Below, one piece after another: positions 52,833 through 62,300 of a stretch of DNA of 64,000 nucleotides. The position numbers and the translations under genes are program-made. The first letter of the stretch is position 1; every line of letters starts with the position of its first letter. The stretch is from a virus. Below the pieces are notes generated by a model. It saw only the letters and a program-made list of their open reading frames with translations, did not search any database and was not told the origin of the DNA. The stretch spans positions 2,882 to 66,881 of the IMG/VR virus record IMGVR_UViG_3300025853_000068; one strand, given 5' to 3'.

Positions 52833-54484
52833 TACGGTAATAATGTTTTAAGAACTAAAGTACAGTTCCACTGCACGGTTCTTGAATTACTAGATACACT
52901 TCCTATCAAAGGAAATATTACATGCCCAGCTGACATAGAGTGATTAGCTGATAAATAATCTGCTCTAACAGGTCTTTGACTATAATTACTGTCAGGTCCA
53001 GCACTAATGTCCGCGGCGTTGTAAGCTCTTAACGTACAGTCAAACGTTGCAAAGTCATTGTATGTTGGTACACCAACAGCTAAGCCAACCTTAGATTGAT
53101 AATTACCTACACTTCTTATTAAGCTTGAATACCCAACAAGAACACAATCGTAAGGCACTATAATACCTTGACAAATAGCGCCAGTAGGTATTGTAACTGT
53201 CGAGCTACCCACTGTTGCTCCGCCAGAACCTAAGTCTGTATTCCACGTGTGGTTAGATATACCATTAGCAGAAACTGTAATCCAATCGCCATCAGCAGGA
53301 ACTGTTGCACTACCTGTAAAGCTTATGTATTGATATGCGTTTTGTGTAGCAAGATTAGCTCTTGGTAAGGCACCTGTAACGTCTGCTGTTAAGTCTATTT
53401 GATTCCTTGTTATTTGCTGTCCTGATATTGTAATGTAATCAGGTGTTCCAGTTAACGTAACATTAGTAGAGTTATCTGTGCCAGCAGCATCTACACCTAG
53501 TGCAGCTCTAGCGCCACCAACATTATTAGCTCCAGTACCACCTTTTGCTACAGGCACAAGATCAGATAGCGTAGAACCAGCAGCAGTAACAGTTATGTCG
53601 CTAGTCCCGTTAAAACTTACACCATTAATACTTCTTGCTGTTGCTAACGCTGTTGCCGTACCCGCATTACCTGTTGTGCTTTGATTTAACGTAGGTATTC
53701 TAGCCGCGTCAAATGTTCCAGCGTTTACTTTGCTAGCATTTAAGCTAGGTATATCACTGTCAACAATCTCACCTCTAATAGTAGCTGACGACTTGTTTTC
53801 AACGCTACCTAAACCTACATCTGCTTTAGCTAAAGCTAAATCTGTTTTTAAATCAGAGACAGGTCTTGTTGAAATAGCACCAGCGTTATCTACTAATAAG
53901 TTACCAGCAGACCCTTTTGATGGGTATTTAGTAACACCTCCAGCTGTTTGCGCTGTAATGGTTCCTCTAGTAACTATATTACCATCTTCGTCTACAGTAA
54001 ATATAGTGTTACCATCACCGTTTGTTATTTTAAAAGAGTGAGTGCCAGCTGTCGACGCTTGATCATAATCTAAATGAAGATTAATGTCTTGAGAAGACTG
54101 AATAAGAATGTCAGACCCAGCAACACCTCTAATTATATGGCTTGCATCTATTAAAAGATCTTGAAGACCTTTGCTTAAAGTAAACGTAAGATCATATTCA
54201 TCTGAGGAAGTACCGTTGCTAGTATCTGTCCAGTTTATATCTATACCACCACCTTCAACAAACTTCCAATGTTTACCGTTTGATATAACAACGTCTGTTG
54301 TATCGCCATCTTCAACTGTGAAACTATCTGTAGTACCTCTATCCTGCTTGTATAACTTACCATCACTATCGATACCAACAACATGATCTTGAGTTGTCTC
54401 AGCTAAGTTTTCAAGATATACGTCATCTCTAAACCTAGCTATTAAACTTACGATATGTTGTCCTATCCATTTAATCATAATCAA
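52832..54484 (-). CDS. Tail fibre / receptor-binding protein
   Basis: KADVGLGSVENKS, TATALATARSINGVSFNGTSDIT, VPVAKGGTGA fibre repeats and C-terminal head domain. Confidence 0.8.
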   Translation of the reverse strand: MIMIKWIGQHIVSLIARFRDDVYLENLAETTQDHVVGIDSDGKLYKQDRGTTDSFTVEDGDTTDVVISNGKHWKFVEGGGIDINWTDTSNGTSSDEYDLTFTLSKGLQDLLIDASHIIRGVAGSDILIQSSQDINLHLDYDQASTAGTHSFKITNGDGNTIFTVDEDGNIVTRGTITAQTAGGVTKYPSKGSAGNLLVDNAGAISTRPVSDLKTDLALAKADVGLGSVENKSSATIRGEIVDSDIPSLNASKVNAGTFDAARIPTLNQSTTGNAGTATALATARSINGVSFNGTSDITVTAAGSTLSDLVPVAKGGTGANNVGGARAALGVDAAGTDNSTNVTLTGTPDYITISGQQITRNQIDLTADVTGALPRANLATQNAYQYISFTGSATVPADGDWITVSANGISNHTWNTDLGSGGATVGSSTVTIPTGAICQGIIVPYDCVLVGYSSLIRSVGNYQSKVGLAVGVPTYNDFATFDCTLRAYNAADISAGPDSNYSQRPVRADYLSANHSMSAGHVIFPLIGSVSSNSRTVQWNCTLVLKTLLP

Positions 54485-54938
54485 CGTAGGTGATTGTCAC
54501 CTCTTCTCCGTCTGCTATAGCTTTCGCAATGCTCGGGTAAATCCTTTTATAAGCGTTAACACTTTTACCAACAAAGCCATCTGGCAATAAGAGATTATTT
54601 TCCTGCGCGTCACCAACAATGAGGCAGCCAGCAGTGTGCTCGTCAGTATTTCCAGTGTGTATAAGAATATACTCAAAGTTAGGTACATCAGTGATATGTA
54701 ACATACCACGGTGTAAACCAGGATATTTTTTAGTATATCTTTGATGAAACCCACCTTCATTTCTTAATTCAATTTTATATGTACCAGCTGGCACACGCGT
54801 CTCGCCTCTAACTTTTAGAGCTCGACGTTCGTCCTCTAGCGTATAACATAAGAACTTCTTCCCGATGTCTGTTAACTCGAAAAGAAGTCCTGATGTTGAG
54901 TCTATTTGAGAACTAAATCTTAGTACCTCAAGTTGCAT
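54471..54938 (-). CDS. Putative endolysin, DUF5675 (L,D-peptidase-like)
   Basis: CYTLED, GETRVPAGTY, ILIHTGNTDEHTAGCLIVG. Confidence 0.8.
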   Translation of the reverse strand: MQLEVLRFSSQIDSTSGLLFELTDIGKKFLCYTLEDERRALKVRGETRVPAGTYKIELRNEGGFHQRYTKKYPGLHRGMLHITDVPNFEYILIHTGNTDEHTAGCLIVGDAQENNLLLPDGFVGKSVNAYKRIYPSIAKAIADGEEVTITYVDYD

Positions 54939-54939
54939 A

Positions 54940-55326
54940 TTACGCCTTAGTAAATACTCCTACTTCAAGTATACCAGTACCACTGTTTGATCTAGCAACA
55001 AGCGCGTGATCTAAACCAGCTGGTAATAAAGCAAACTCGCCGTCTAATATTTCTAATATTAAAGCAGTAGCATCGTTATCGCCATCGTCATCTGGATCTG
55101 TAAATATAGTGATAGTTCTAGTTGAGCCTGTAGAGTTTTTTAAATAAACAATACTTTGTCCGTCAGCCGTAGCAACAACTGTGTTCGTGTCTGTTGCTAA
55201 GTTAAATTTTTTCATCGTACTACCGGCGTTTATTGTAACGTCTTTAGTCATAGATAAAGCTAGTGAGTCAGACAACAAGTCCCCGGCAGGAGATGTTAGT
55301 GTTAATGTTTTTGTTAATGTAGCCAT
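54940..55326 (-). CDS. Structural protein, paralogue of 55341-55718
   Basis: MATLTKTLTL...VYLKN...GEFALLP. Confidence 0.65.
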   Translation of the reverse strand: MATLTKTLTLTSPAGDLLSDSLALSMTKDVTINAGSTMKKFNLATDTNTVVATADGQSIVYLKNSTGSTRTITIFTDPDDDGDNDATALILEILDGEFALLPAGLDHALVARSNSGTGILEVGVFTKA

Positions 55327-55340
55327 TTTATATTGTTTTT

Positions 55341-55718
55341 TTAAAATTCAAATATCGCAAACTCACAGTAAGGCGCTGTGCCAGTACCGTTGTTTTTAAT
55401 TTTTAAGTCTGCGGTCCCATCCCATGGAAATAATGCAAACTCATCTTTTCCTATAATTAGCTCGTCTGCACTAGCAAAAGCTACTATTATTTTAGGAGCA
55501 GACTCTCTTCCAGCGCTATCAGGAGTTAAGTTTTTAAGATAAACCATTGACTCGCCAAATTTTGATGCTTCAGCTAAAGCCACTAGCGATCCTGTAGTTA
55601 GTTTTTTTCCGTACTGAGATTGTCCAGTTACATTCAATGCAGCTGTTACACTCAACGACAGTGTGTCTACTAAAGCGTCAGTGCTGGAAATAGTTAACGT
55701 TGGTGTTACTGTTGCCAT
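55341..55718 (-). CDS. Structural protein, paralogue of 54940-55326
   Basis: MATVTPTLTI...VYLKN...DEFALFP. Confidence 0.65.
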   Translation of the reverse strand: MATVTPTLTISSTDALVDTLSLSVTAALNVTGQSQYGKKLTTGSLVALAEASKFGESMVYLKNLTPDSAGRESAPKIIVAFASADELIIGKDEFALFPWDGTADLKIKNNGTGTAPYCEFAIFEF

Positions 55719-55722
55719 AATT

Positions 55723-57687
55723 TTAGTTTTTAATTATTCTTTTATTAATTATTAAGTTGTTGTGTTTAATTATAATAGTATATATGCCAGGGGTTAGTTT
55801 CGTAACATCTAAGGCATTTATATTTTGTTTTTGTATAAGTATATCCCCCAGCATATTAATCACTGTAAGATCAACTTTTTTACTTACGTATATATAATCA
55901 CTTGTAGGGTTGGGATATGTAACTAGATCATTTCTAAATTCAATTAAGTCTGTAGGGCCTGTCCAACCATCAACACAATACTGATATAAGCTAACACAGC
56001 CTTGATCCCACTCTTGATCGCAGCAATACTCATCTACTTCTATAACCCAAGCAAAGCAATCATTAGGTAAAGTATAGACATCACCAATAGCGCAACCAGC
56101 AGAGTATTCACACGATGAGTCAGGTACATTAACAAGCGGATCGTAGTTAATAGCAGTCGGGTCATTGCAGCCATAAATAGCATAAACACATGAGCCGTTA
56201 TCAGTATTAGCATCATCGTCGTAATTGAGTGCGGTACTGTCCATGCATCCATAATAAAAAGGTATACAACTACCATTGTCTGTATTTGCATTAGGGTCAT
56301 AGTTAAACATCGTAGCGTCCATGCAACCATAGAATACTTCTATACAACTACCATCGTCTGTGTTTGCTAGCGGATCGTAATTAAACGCTGTTACATCTGT
56401 ACAGCCGTAAGCATAATAAATGCAAGAGTTATCGCTTACGTTTGCCAACGAGTCGTAGTTCATAGCTGTAATATCCATACAGCCCTCTATAATAGCTACG
56501 CAAGTGTCAGGCGTATTAGCTAGTGGGTTGTAATTAAAAGCAAACTCGTTCATACAACCCAACACTGTAGGTATACAAGATCCTGCTAGCTCTACATTTG
56601 CGGTTGAGTCAAAGTTGAAAGCTGTACTATCCATACAACCTAACACAACTAAAGTATTACAGCTACCATCATCATAATCAGCGCTAGCATTATATTCTAA
56701 GTATATAGGATTCGTGCAGCCTGTTACATAGTAGCAGGTATTATCGTCAGTGTTAGCTACGGCATTGTAATTTAAAGCTGAAACGTCAGTACAACCATAA
56801 ACTCTATCGATACAACTATTACCACAGTAAGGCACGCCAACCACGTTAACAAAAGGAACTAGTGGGCTAGCAAATCCTCCTGGTGCATTAATAGCCACGT
56901 GCTCATCAGAATATAAACTATAACCGCATTGCACTGACGTAAATTGTGACTGTTGTGTTATATTAAATTTTACTTGCACAGGCTCTGCTACGCTTAACTC
57001 AAATGTAAACGTAGTGTCAAAGCCATTATCAAGAGTAAATATACCTAAAAAGTTGTTGCCTTGAAACACCTGTAGATATGCTCCAGCCCAACCGTTGCCA
57101 GCTAAGTCTGTAAGCTCTAATGTATGCGTACAACTATCTATTAGTATATCTGTGTTAGCTGAGTCTACGTAATTATAAGCAAGCGAATCTGTACAGCCAA
57201 ATAATTTCTCTGTGAAACACATCCCTGTGTCTACAGTTGCTATTGGCAAGAACTCTACAAAGCTATTATCCATGCAACCGTATATAGGCGGTGGCGGAGC
57301 GCAGTCATCTACTGTAAACCCATGGTAAGCAACAAAACCAAAGTTAGCCGAGTCTATTTCAACTATAGTATCATTACATCTTACTAAGTAGTACGAGCCA
57401 TCTTGCCCACCCCATAGGCTACCTTGCATGCCATCTCCATAGGTATCACTTATTACAAATTCGTAGTCACCATTAGGTACACAAAGCTGAGTTACTTGTG
57501 GAGAGTAATCTATAATGTTATCGTAAGGACCGCCAGTTACAACAGTATCTAAGTTGTAGTCCAATATAGCCCATGAAGTTTCTTCTGGATACTGATCTGG
57601 ATTTATAACGATGTTTAGATATGTTCCGTTAGGACATTGCGCAAGCGCTATGTTAATGCAAAATAATAGTGTAATTAAATACTTCAT
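55723..57687 (-). CDS. Secreted Cys-repeat protein with T9SS (type A) C-terminal sorting domain
   Basis: Signal MKYLITLLFCINIALA-Q; 11 GC(M/T)D...NY...AN...SC repeats; C-terminal YPNPTSD...INMLG...LDVTKLTPGIY...KRIIKN. Confidence 0.85.
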   Translation of the reverse strand: MKYLITLLFCINIALAQCPNGTYLNIVINPDQYPEETSWAILDYNLDTVVTGGPYDNIIDYSPQVTQLCVPNGDYEFVISDTYGDGMQGSLWGGQDGSYYLVRCNDTIVEIDSANFGFVAYHGFTVDDCAPPPPIYGCMDNSFVEFLPIATVDTGMCFTEKLFGCTDSLAYNYVDSANTDILIDSCTHTLELTDLAGNGWAGAYLQVFQGNNFLGIFTLDNGFDTTFTFELSVAEPVQVKFNITQQSQFTSVQCGYSLYSDEHVAINAPGGFASPLVPFVNVVGVPYCGNSCIDRVYGCTDVSALNYNAVANTDDNTCYYVTGCTNPIYLEYNASADYDDGSCNTLVVLGCMDSTAFNFDSTANVELAGSCIPTVLGCMNEFAFNYNPLANTPDTCVAIIEGCMDITAMNYDSLANVSDNSCIYYAYGCTDVTAFNYDPLANTDDGSCIEVFYGCMDATMFNYDPNANTDNGSCIPFYYGCMDSTALNYDDDANTDNGSCVYAIYGCNDPTAINYDPLVNVPDSSCEYSAGCAIGDVYTLPNDCFAWVIEVDEYCCDQEWDQGCVSLYQYCVDGWTGPTDLIEFRNDLVTYPNPTSDYIYVSKKVDLTVINMLGDILIQKQNINALDVTKLTPGIYTIIIKHNNLIINKRIIKN

Positions 57688-58028
57688 TAAAATTTACTTA
57701 TTATAAGTTCATCAATATATTCCTGTATCTCTTCTCTTGTAGCAACCATTTTAAAACTAAGATCAGCTTGAAAACGTTTTACTTCTTCGCCTTCGTCAAA
57801 CACAATGATAGTAGGTACAATAGCAATAGCGTATTTTTTTTGTGTATCAGCGTTGTCAATACTTAGGCTTTTTTTGCCAGCGTCTGACAGCTTGTTAAAC
57901 CATTCAACATCGTTAGCTTCGTTCCAGCCAGCGTTGAAGTGTATTACTTTAACTTGACTATAGGTTACGCCAATAGTAAAAGCGATTATAATTATAAGCG
58001 CGTATAAAAATTTAGTAAACTTATTCAT
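57687..58028 (-). CDS. Secreted thioredoxin-fold protein lacking CxxC
   Basis: Signal peptide ending YS-Q; HFNAGWN in place of FxAxWC; IVPTIIVF...GEEVKRF. Confidence 0.7.
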   Translation of the reverse strand: MNKFTKFLYALIIIIAFTIGVTYSQVKVIHFNAGWNEANDVEWFNKLSDAGKKSLSIDNADTQKKYAIAIVPTIIVFDEGEEVKRFQADLSFKMVATREEIQEYIDELIISKF

Positions 58029-58306
58029 TACTTATAAAGCTTATCTTCTATTTTCTCAAGAGTTTTTTTAATTTCTGTAACGTCTTCTTGAGTGTTCATG
58101 ATAGTGTTACGTATCATTTCGTCTTTCATTTGAAACTCCATGCGCGTAACCTCTGGCGGTATTGGTGCTGGTAGCTCCTTCGCTTCAGCTATATCTGCTT
58201 GCAAAGTGAACCACATGCCTGTACCCATCACGAGCACAACGCCTAACGATATTATTGTTTCTAAACTTAATTTTACTTTTGTTTCTTTACCTATTTCAGT
58301 TGCCAT
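58028..58306 (-). CDS. Single-TM membrane protein with coiled coil
   Basis: IISLGVVLVMGTGMWF TM followed by heptads. Confidence 0.65.
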   Translation of the reverse strand: MATEIGKETKVKLSLETIISLGVVLVMGTGMWFTLQADIAEAKELPAPIPPEVTRMEFQMKDEMIRNTIMNTQEDVTEIKKTLEKIEDKLYK

Positions 58307-58309
58307 ACT

Positions 58310-59365
58310 CTAGAATATTACATAGTTGATACCGCACTTAAAATCGTACCACTCACGATTCCAGTACTTGTTATATTTACCTTCAACAAACATACCTAAA
58401 TGTTTAGTTATTTTAGCGCCTACGATTAAACCACCTGAATAATCATACCACTGTTCACCGTCATTAAAGTTGTGATATGAAAACTCATTGCCATCGTCGT
58501 AGTGGTAAGGCATTAGGTTACCCCAGCCGTGTAGCCAAAAGTTCTTTTTATAATAATAGTAATCAAAGCCAACGACTAGCGAGTGTTGCCACTGATTAGC
58601 TAGCTCGTTACGCTTCTTTTCTACATAATTTTCTAATACCTCAGGTATAACAACTTGTTTCCAAACATCAGCGCTAGTTGCTACTATGTTACCATCAGGA
58701 TCTTTATATTCGTTCTCGTATACATCTACTGAATAACCTTCTTCAATAGCTAAGCACGTGTAATGCAAGTAGTTGTTTTCAAGCTGCCACTGTTCTAGTG
58801 GATCAAAGCCGTATGGTTCAGCAAGTCTTTGAACAGCTCCGATGTTAAACGATAGCTTTTTATTACCGTTTAATCTTAATCGCTGCGTGCTTTCAAAATA
58901 CTCTATGTCTGCAAAGCCATCTTTAATATATTCCACCTTAGCAAGCCACTTTGGCTTTACATATCTTACAAAATGATGTTGATCTAGATATTCTACACCT
59001 TCTTGTCTTTTATAGTTTGCTTGAAATAAATATTCAAACGGTGATAGACCTACACTAGCAGCGTCACCATAGGCAGATTCTGTGCCATCTTTAAACTTAG
59101 TTATATCTTCATAACCAAATCTTTTAATTTTACGTATACCCATAACTAATGAGTAATCAAACGGAGTAAATACCGTATCGTATAACACAGATCCATCTTT
59201 TACAGAATATATATCTCTATCTGCTAAAGATGTGTTACCGTTCGCTGCTATGTAAAACGTAGAGAACTTAAATGTTTTCTTTAACACTTGTGAGCAACAC
59301 TTTTTAGTCGCCGCACAAGAGGTTAAAATCAATAATAATATAATTGCTAGTCGTGATAATAACAT
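58310..59365 (-). CDS. Putative outer-membrane beta-barrel protein
   Basis: Hydrophobic N-terminus with LTSC; Tyr/Trp/Phe-rich alternating strands; C-terminal GINYVIF beta-signal. Confidence 0.6.
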   Translation of the reverse strand: MLLSRLAIILLLILTSCAATKKCCSQVLKKTFKFSTFYIAANGNTSLADRDIYSVKDGSVLYDTVFTPFDYSLVMGIRKIKRFGYEDITKFKDGTESAYGDAASVGLSPFEYLFQANYKRQEGVEYLDQHHFVRYVKPKWLAKVEYIKDGFADIEYFESTQRLRLNGNKKLSFNIGAVQRLAEPYGFDPLEQWQLENNYLHYTCLAIEEGYSVDVYENEYKDPDGNIVATSADVWKQVVIPEVLENYVEKKRNELANQWQHSLVVGFDYYYYKKNFWLHGWGNLMPYHYDDGNEFSYHNFNDGEQWYDYSGGLIVGAKITKHLGMFVEGKYNKYWNREWYDFKCGINYVIF

Positions 59366-62300
59366 AATCCTGATTTACTTGATGTTTGCATCTTACAGCG
59401 CTTGCCGTCAGACTTTACTTTCTTACATTGTACTTCTTTACCATCACTTCTTTTTTCTACTTTTGTATGTATAGTACAATATGTTCCGTCAACAGGTGTG
59501 CCTTTACATCTGCTACCGCTTTTTGTCGCTGCCGCACATCTAGGTTTTTTGTCTTCTTCTTTTTCGTTTTTCTGATCTTCTAAATACTTTTCCTCCTGCT
59601 CTTGTTTTACTTCAGCTTCTCTTGCTTTGCGCTCTTTCTTTTTTTGATCTCTACTTTCCTGCTTAACTTCCTGCCTAGCCTCTTCAATCTCTTCAGGCCT
59701 ATCAATACCTAAACCCCATTTGTCCCATCCAGCAAACAAAGCTAGCCTCTGCCAGTTAGCGTTGTCGTTATCCATTGCTGCTTTTAGGTTAGACAACTTT
59801 CTTTGTATTCTAGCTAGAGGCACGTTAAACGAGGCTTCAACTAAATTACCCGTTACATCCCATATAGGATTGTCGACATTTGTTAAAGGTATTTTACTGT
59901 AAACACCTTTGTTCCACTTGTCTGTAGTCATAGCTGAATACAACTTTCTAACCTTCGAGCCAAGAGGTGGAGACACATTTAAAGCCTCAACTAAAACTCT
60001 ACCATTGTCAGCTTGCATGCCTTTTTCTCTTTCAGACATGTACTTCATTATAGTGTTTTTAACTGTAGACAATACAGCTCCGTATATACCAGATCCTCTA
60101 AGCAATGAATCAAGAGTTCCGTTTGCTATACGCTCTGTCTTAGTATCTAGAAACTCTTCGTCTTCATCGTCGTTCCAAGCTACTGCAAATAACGCGCTTT
60201 GCAAACTAGCAAATATAATATTTTGAGCAGCACCGTAGTACAGTATTCTGGATATGTTAGCCTTAGTGTTTCCTCTACCGTTTATTAAATCTAACGCAGC
60301 TTTCTTTATCAGTCTGTTATACTGCATTGGCGTGTTTTGAAACGCTAGTATTAAACGACCTAACACTGATGCTTGCTCTTGAGATATTTTGTCTGGTCTA
60401 CTAGACTGCTGAGTAGCCTCTGCTATTTCTTGAAAGTCAACAAAAGCTTGCTCTTCAGCTTGCTTTTGATTCATACCTTCTTTAACATACTTATTAACTC
60501 TATTCCTGTAAAACGTAGATCCACCGGCTGATATAGCAAAGCTATCTGCAATTTGAGTAGGTGCAAAACCAAGCTCAAGTAGTCTACCAACCACAGCTCT
60601 AACTCCACCTTTTTCCGCTAGCCTTTGAAGCTCTGAAGCGTTTAAGTCAGACTGTAATCCTCCACGTCTTTGCTTGAGCATTGGAGAGTTGAACAACATT
60701 GAAAAATCTTTCCAGTATTGTTTTTGATTTCCAAAAGCTTTAGCAGCTGCAAATATATTGTTGTCTTCAAAATTTATAAAGTTAACAGTAGATAAAGTTT
60801 GTAGCACCGCTGACCTAGCGTTAAAGAACATAATAGCACCAACAGATCCGTTTAGCCAGTCTAAGAAAGCATTAACTGTTTTGTTTCTTATCGTAGGTCT
60901 ATTAGTACCAGACTTCATTCTAGCCAACGTATCTTCAAGAGCACTTCTATATGCAGAGCCGTGAACAGCTTCAAGCTTGTTCAACATTTCTTCTGTAAAG
61001 TAGTTGTCAACATTTTCTTGCCACTCAGCTATATACTCAGCTCGCTTTATTTTAGCAGCGTCAGATATATCACCGTTAAATGAACTACCGTTCCAACCAA
61101 TTTCTGGCTTTAAATAACCGTCTACACCTACTGCAGCTTCAATAGCTCCAGCAAATAATACCATGTCTCTGTTTTTAGCTACTTGACCAGCTATTCTTTT
61201 TTGTTCTGCTTCAGATATACCGGGTACGCTGTGCCCGTTTTTATCGTACAGGTATATGCGCATAGCCTGCTCGTTGGTGTAGCCAGTATTTTCAAACTCT
61301 TTAGTTAGGTTTTTAGATACGTCAGGCAAAGCTTTTGAAACTTTCATAGCGTCTTCTCTAAGCTTCTGCTTGTACATGTCTAGTTGTCTATCAGCTCTGT
61401 TAAATGGATCGTAAAACTTTTCCTTAAAAAATTTAGCATCAGCATCACCTTGCTTACCTTTGCCGTAGTTGTAATACATTAAGCCTTCAAAGTCATCTGC
61501 ACTAGGCGGTATAAACAATTGTCTTTTTCTATTTTGCTTGCCTTTATTTCTAGCTTTAACCCTATTGAAAGTTTCATCTACAGGCACGCCTTTATTTCTT
61601 TCAAGCATGTCATCAATAGGATTTGGATTGTCTTTGCTAAACTTCATTTTAGCTTGAACAGACTTACCTTTAATATCTAGCTGATCAATAACATTTGCTA
61701 CAGCCTCAACGTTAGGTAAAGCGTCATCAACAAAATACATATCATTATAGCCCTCAGCAAACTTGTCAAGCATCCATTGAGCTTTAGCGGCTCCGGTGCT
61801 ATTACCCAGCCCGGTTATATTTTCTAAAGGTATATTAACACCCTTGCTTTTCAACCAACCATGTATAGCCACAGCAGACTCCATAGGCCTAGCTGTTAGT
61901 ATATAGTTGTTTTCTGGACCATACTTAGCTATTCTATTTTTAAACTTTTGAAACAACGGTCCTTCAACACCGCCTCTAACATTTATAAAGTCATCGAAGT
62001 TAAAGTCATAACCTTGCTGCATCAACTCAGGGCCTTTTAACGGCCAGTCACCTGAGCTTATTTTTATTTCATTACCACTAGCAGGATCTGTAGCTATTAT
62101 AAAGTTGTCGCCGTGCATGATAAGTGTTTCGTCAAAATCAAAAGCAGACATACCTCTAGATGTAGTTTCTTTAGACCACATGCCTGATCTAACTCCTTCG
62201 CCTAGTCTTTGCATGTCGTTAAATGAAGGCACGCCTGGCTGCCTAAGAGCTTTAATAATATCTATAAAATTTTGACCAACTTCTAGTGGCGCGTCTGGAT

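Noticed and set aside
56100-57290. Repeats in the T9SS cargo gene as a diversity-generating retroelement TR/VR pair
   Set aside because: They are protein-level tandem repeats and no reverse transcriptase is present
62121-62151. DFDET as a crAss-like virion RNA polymerase DxDxD motif
   Set aside because: The motif is DxDxT with downstream TAR, K and DD motifs typical of HAD phosphatases; an RNAP in the unseen middle part cannot be excluded
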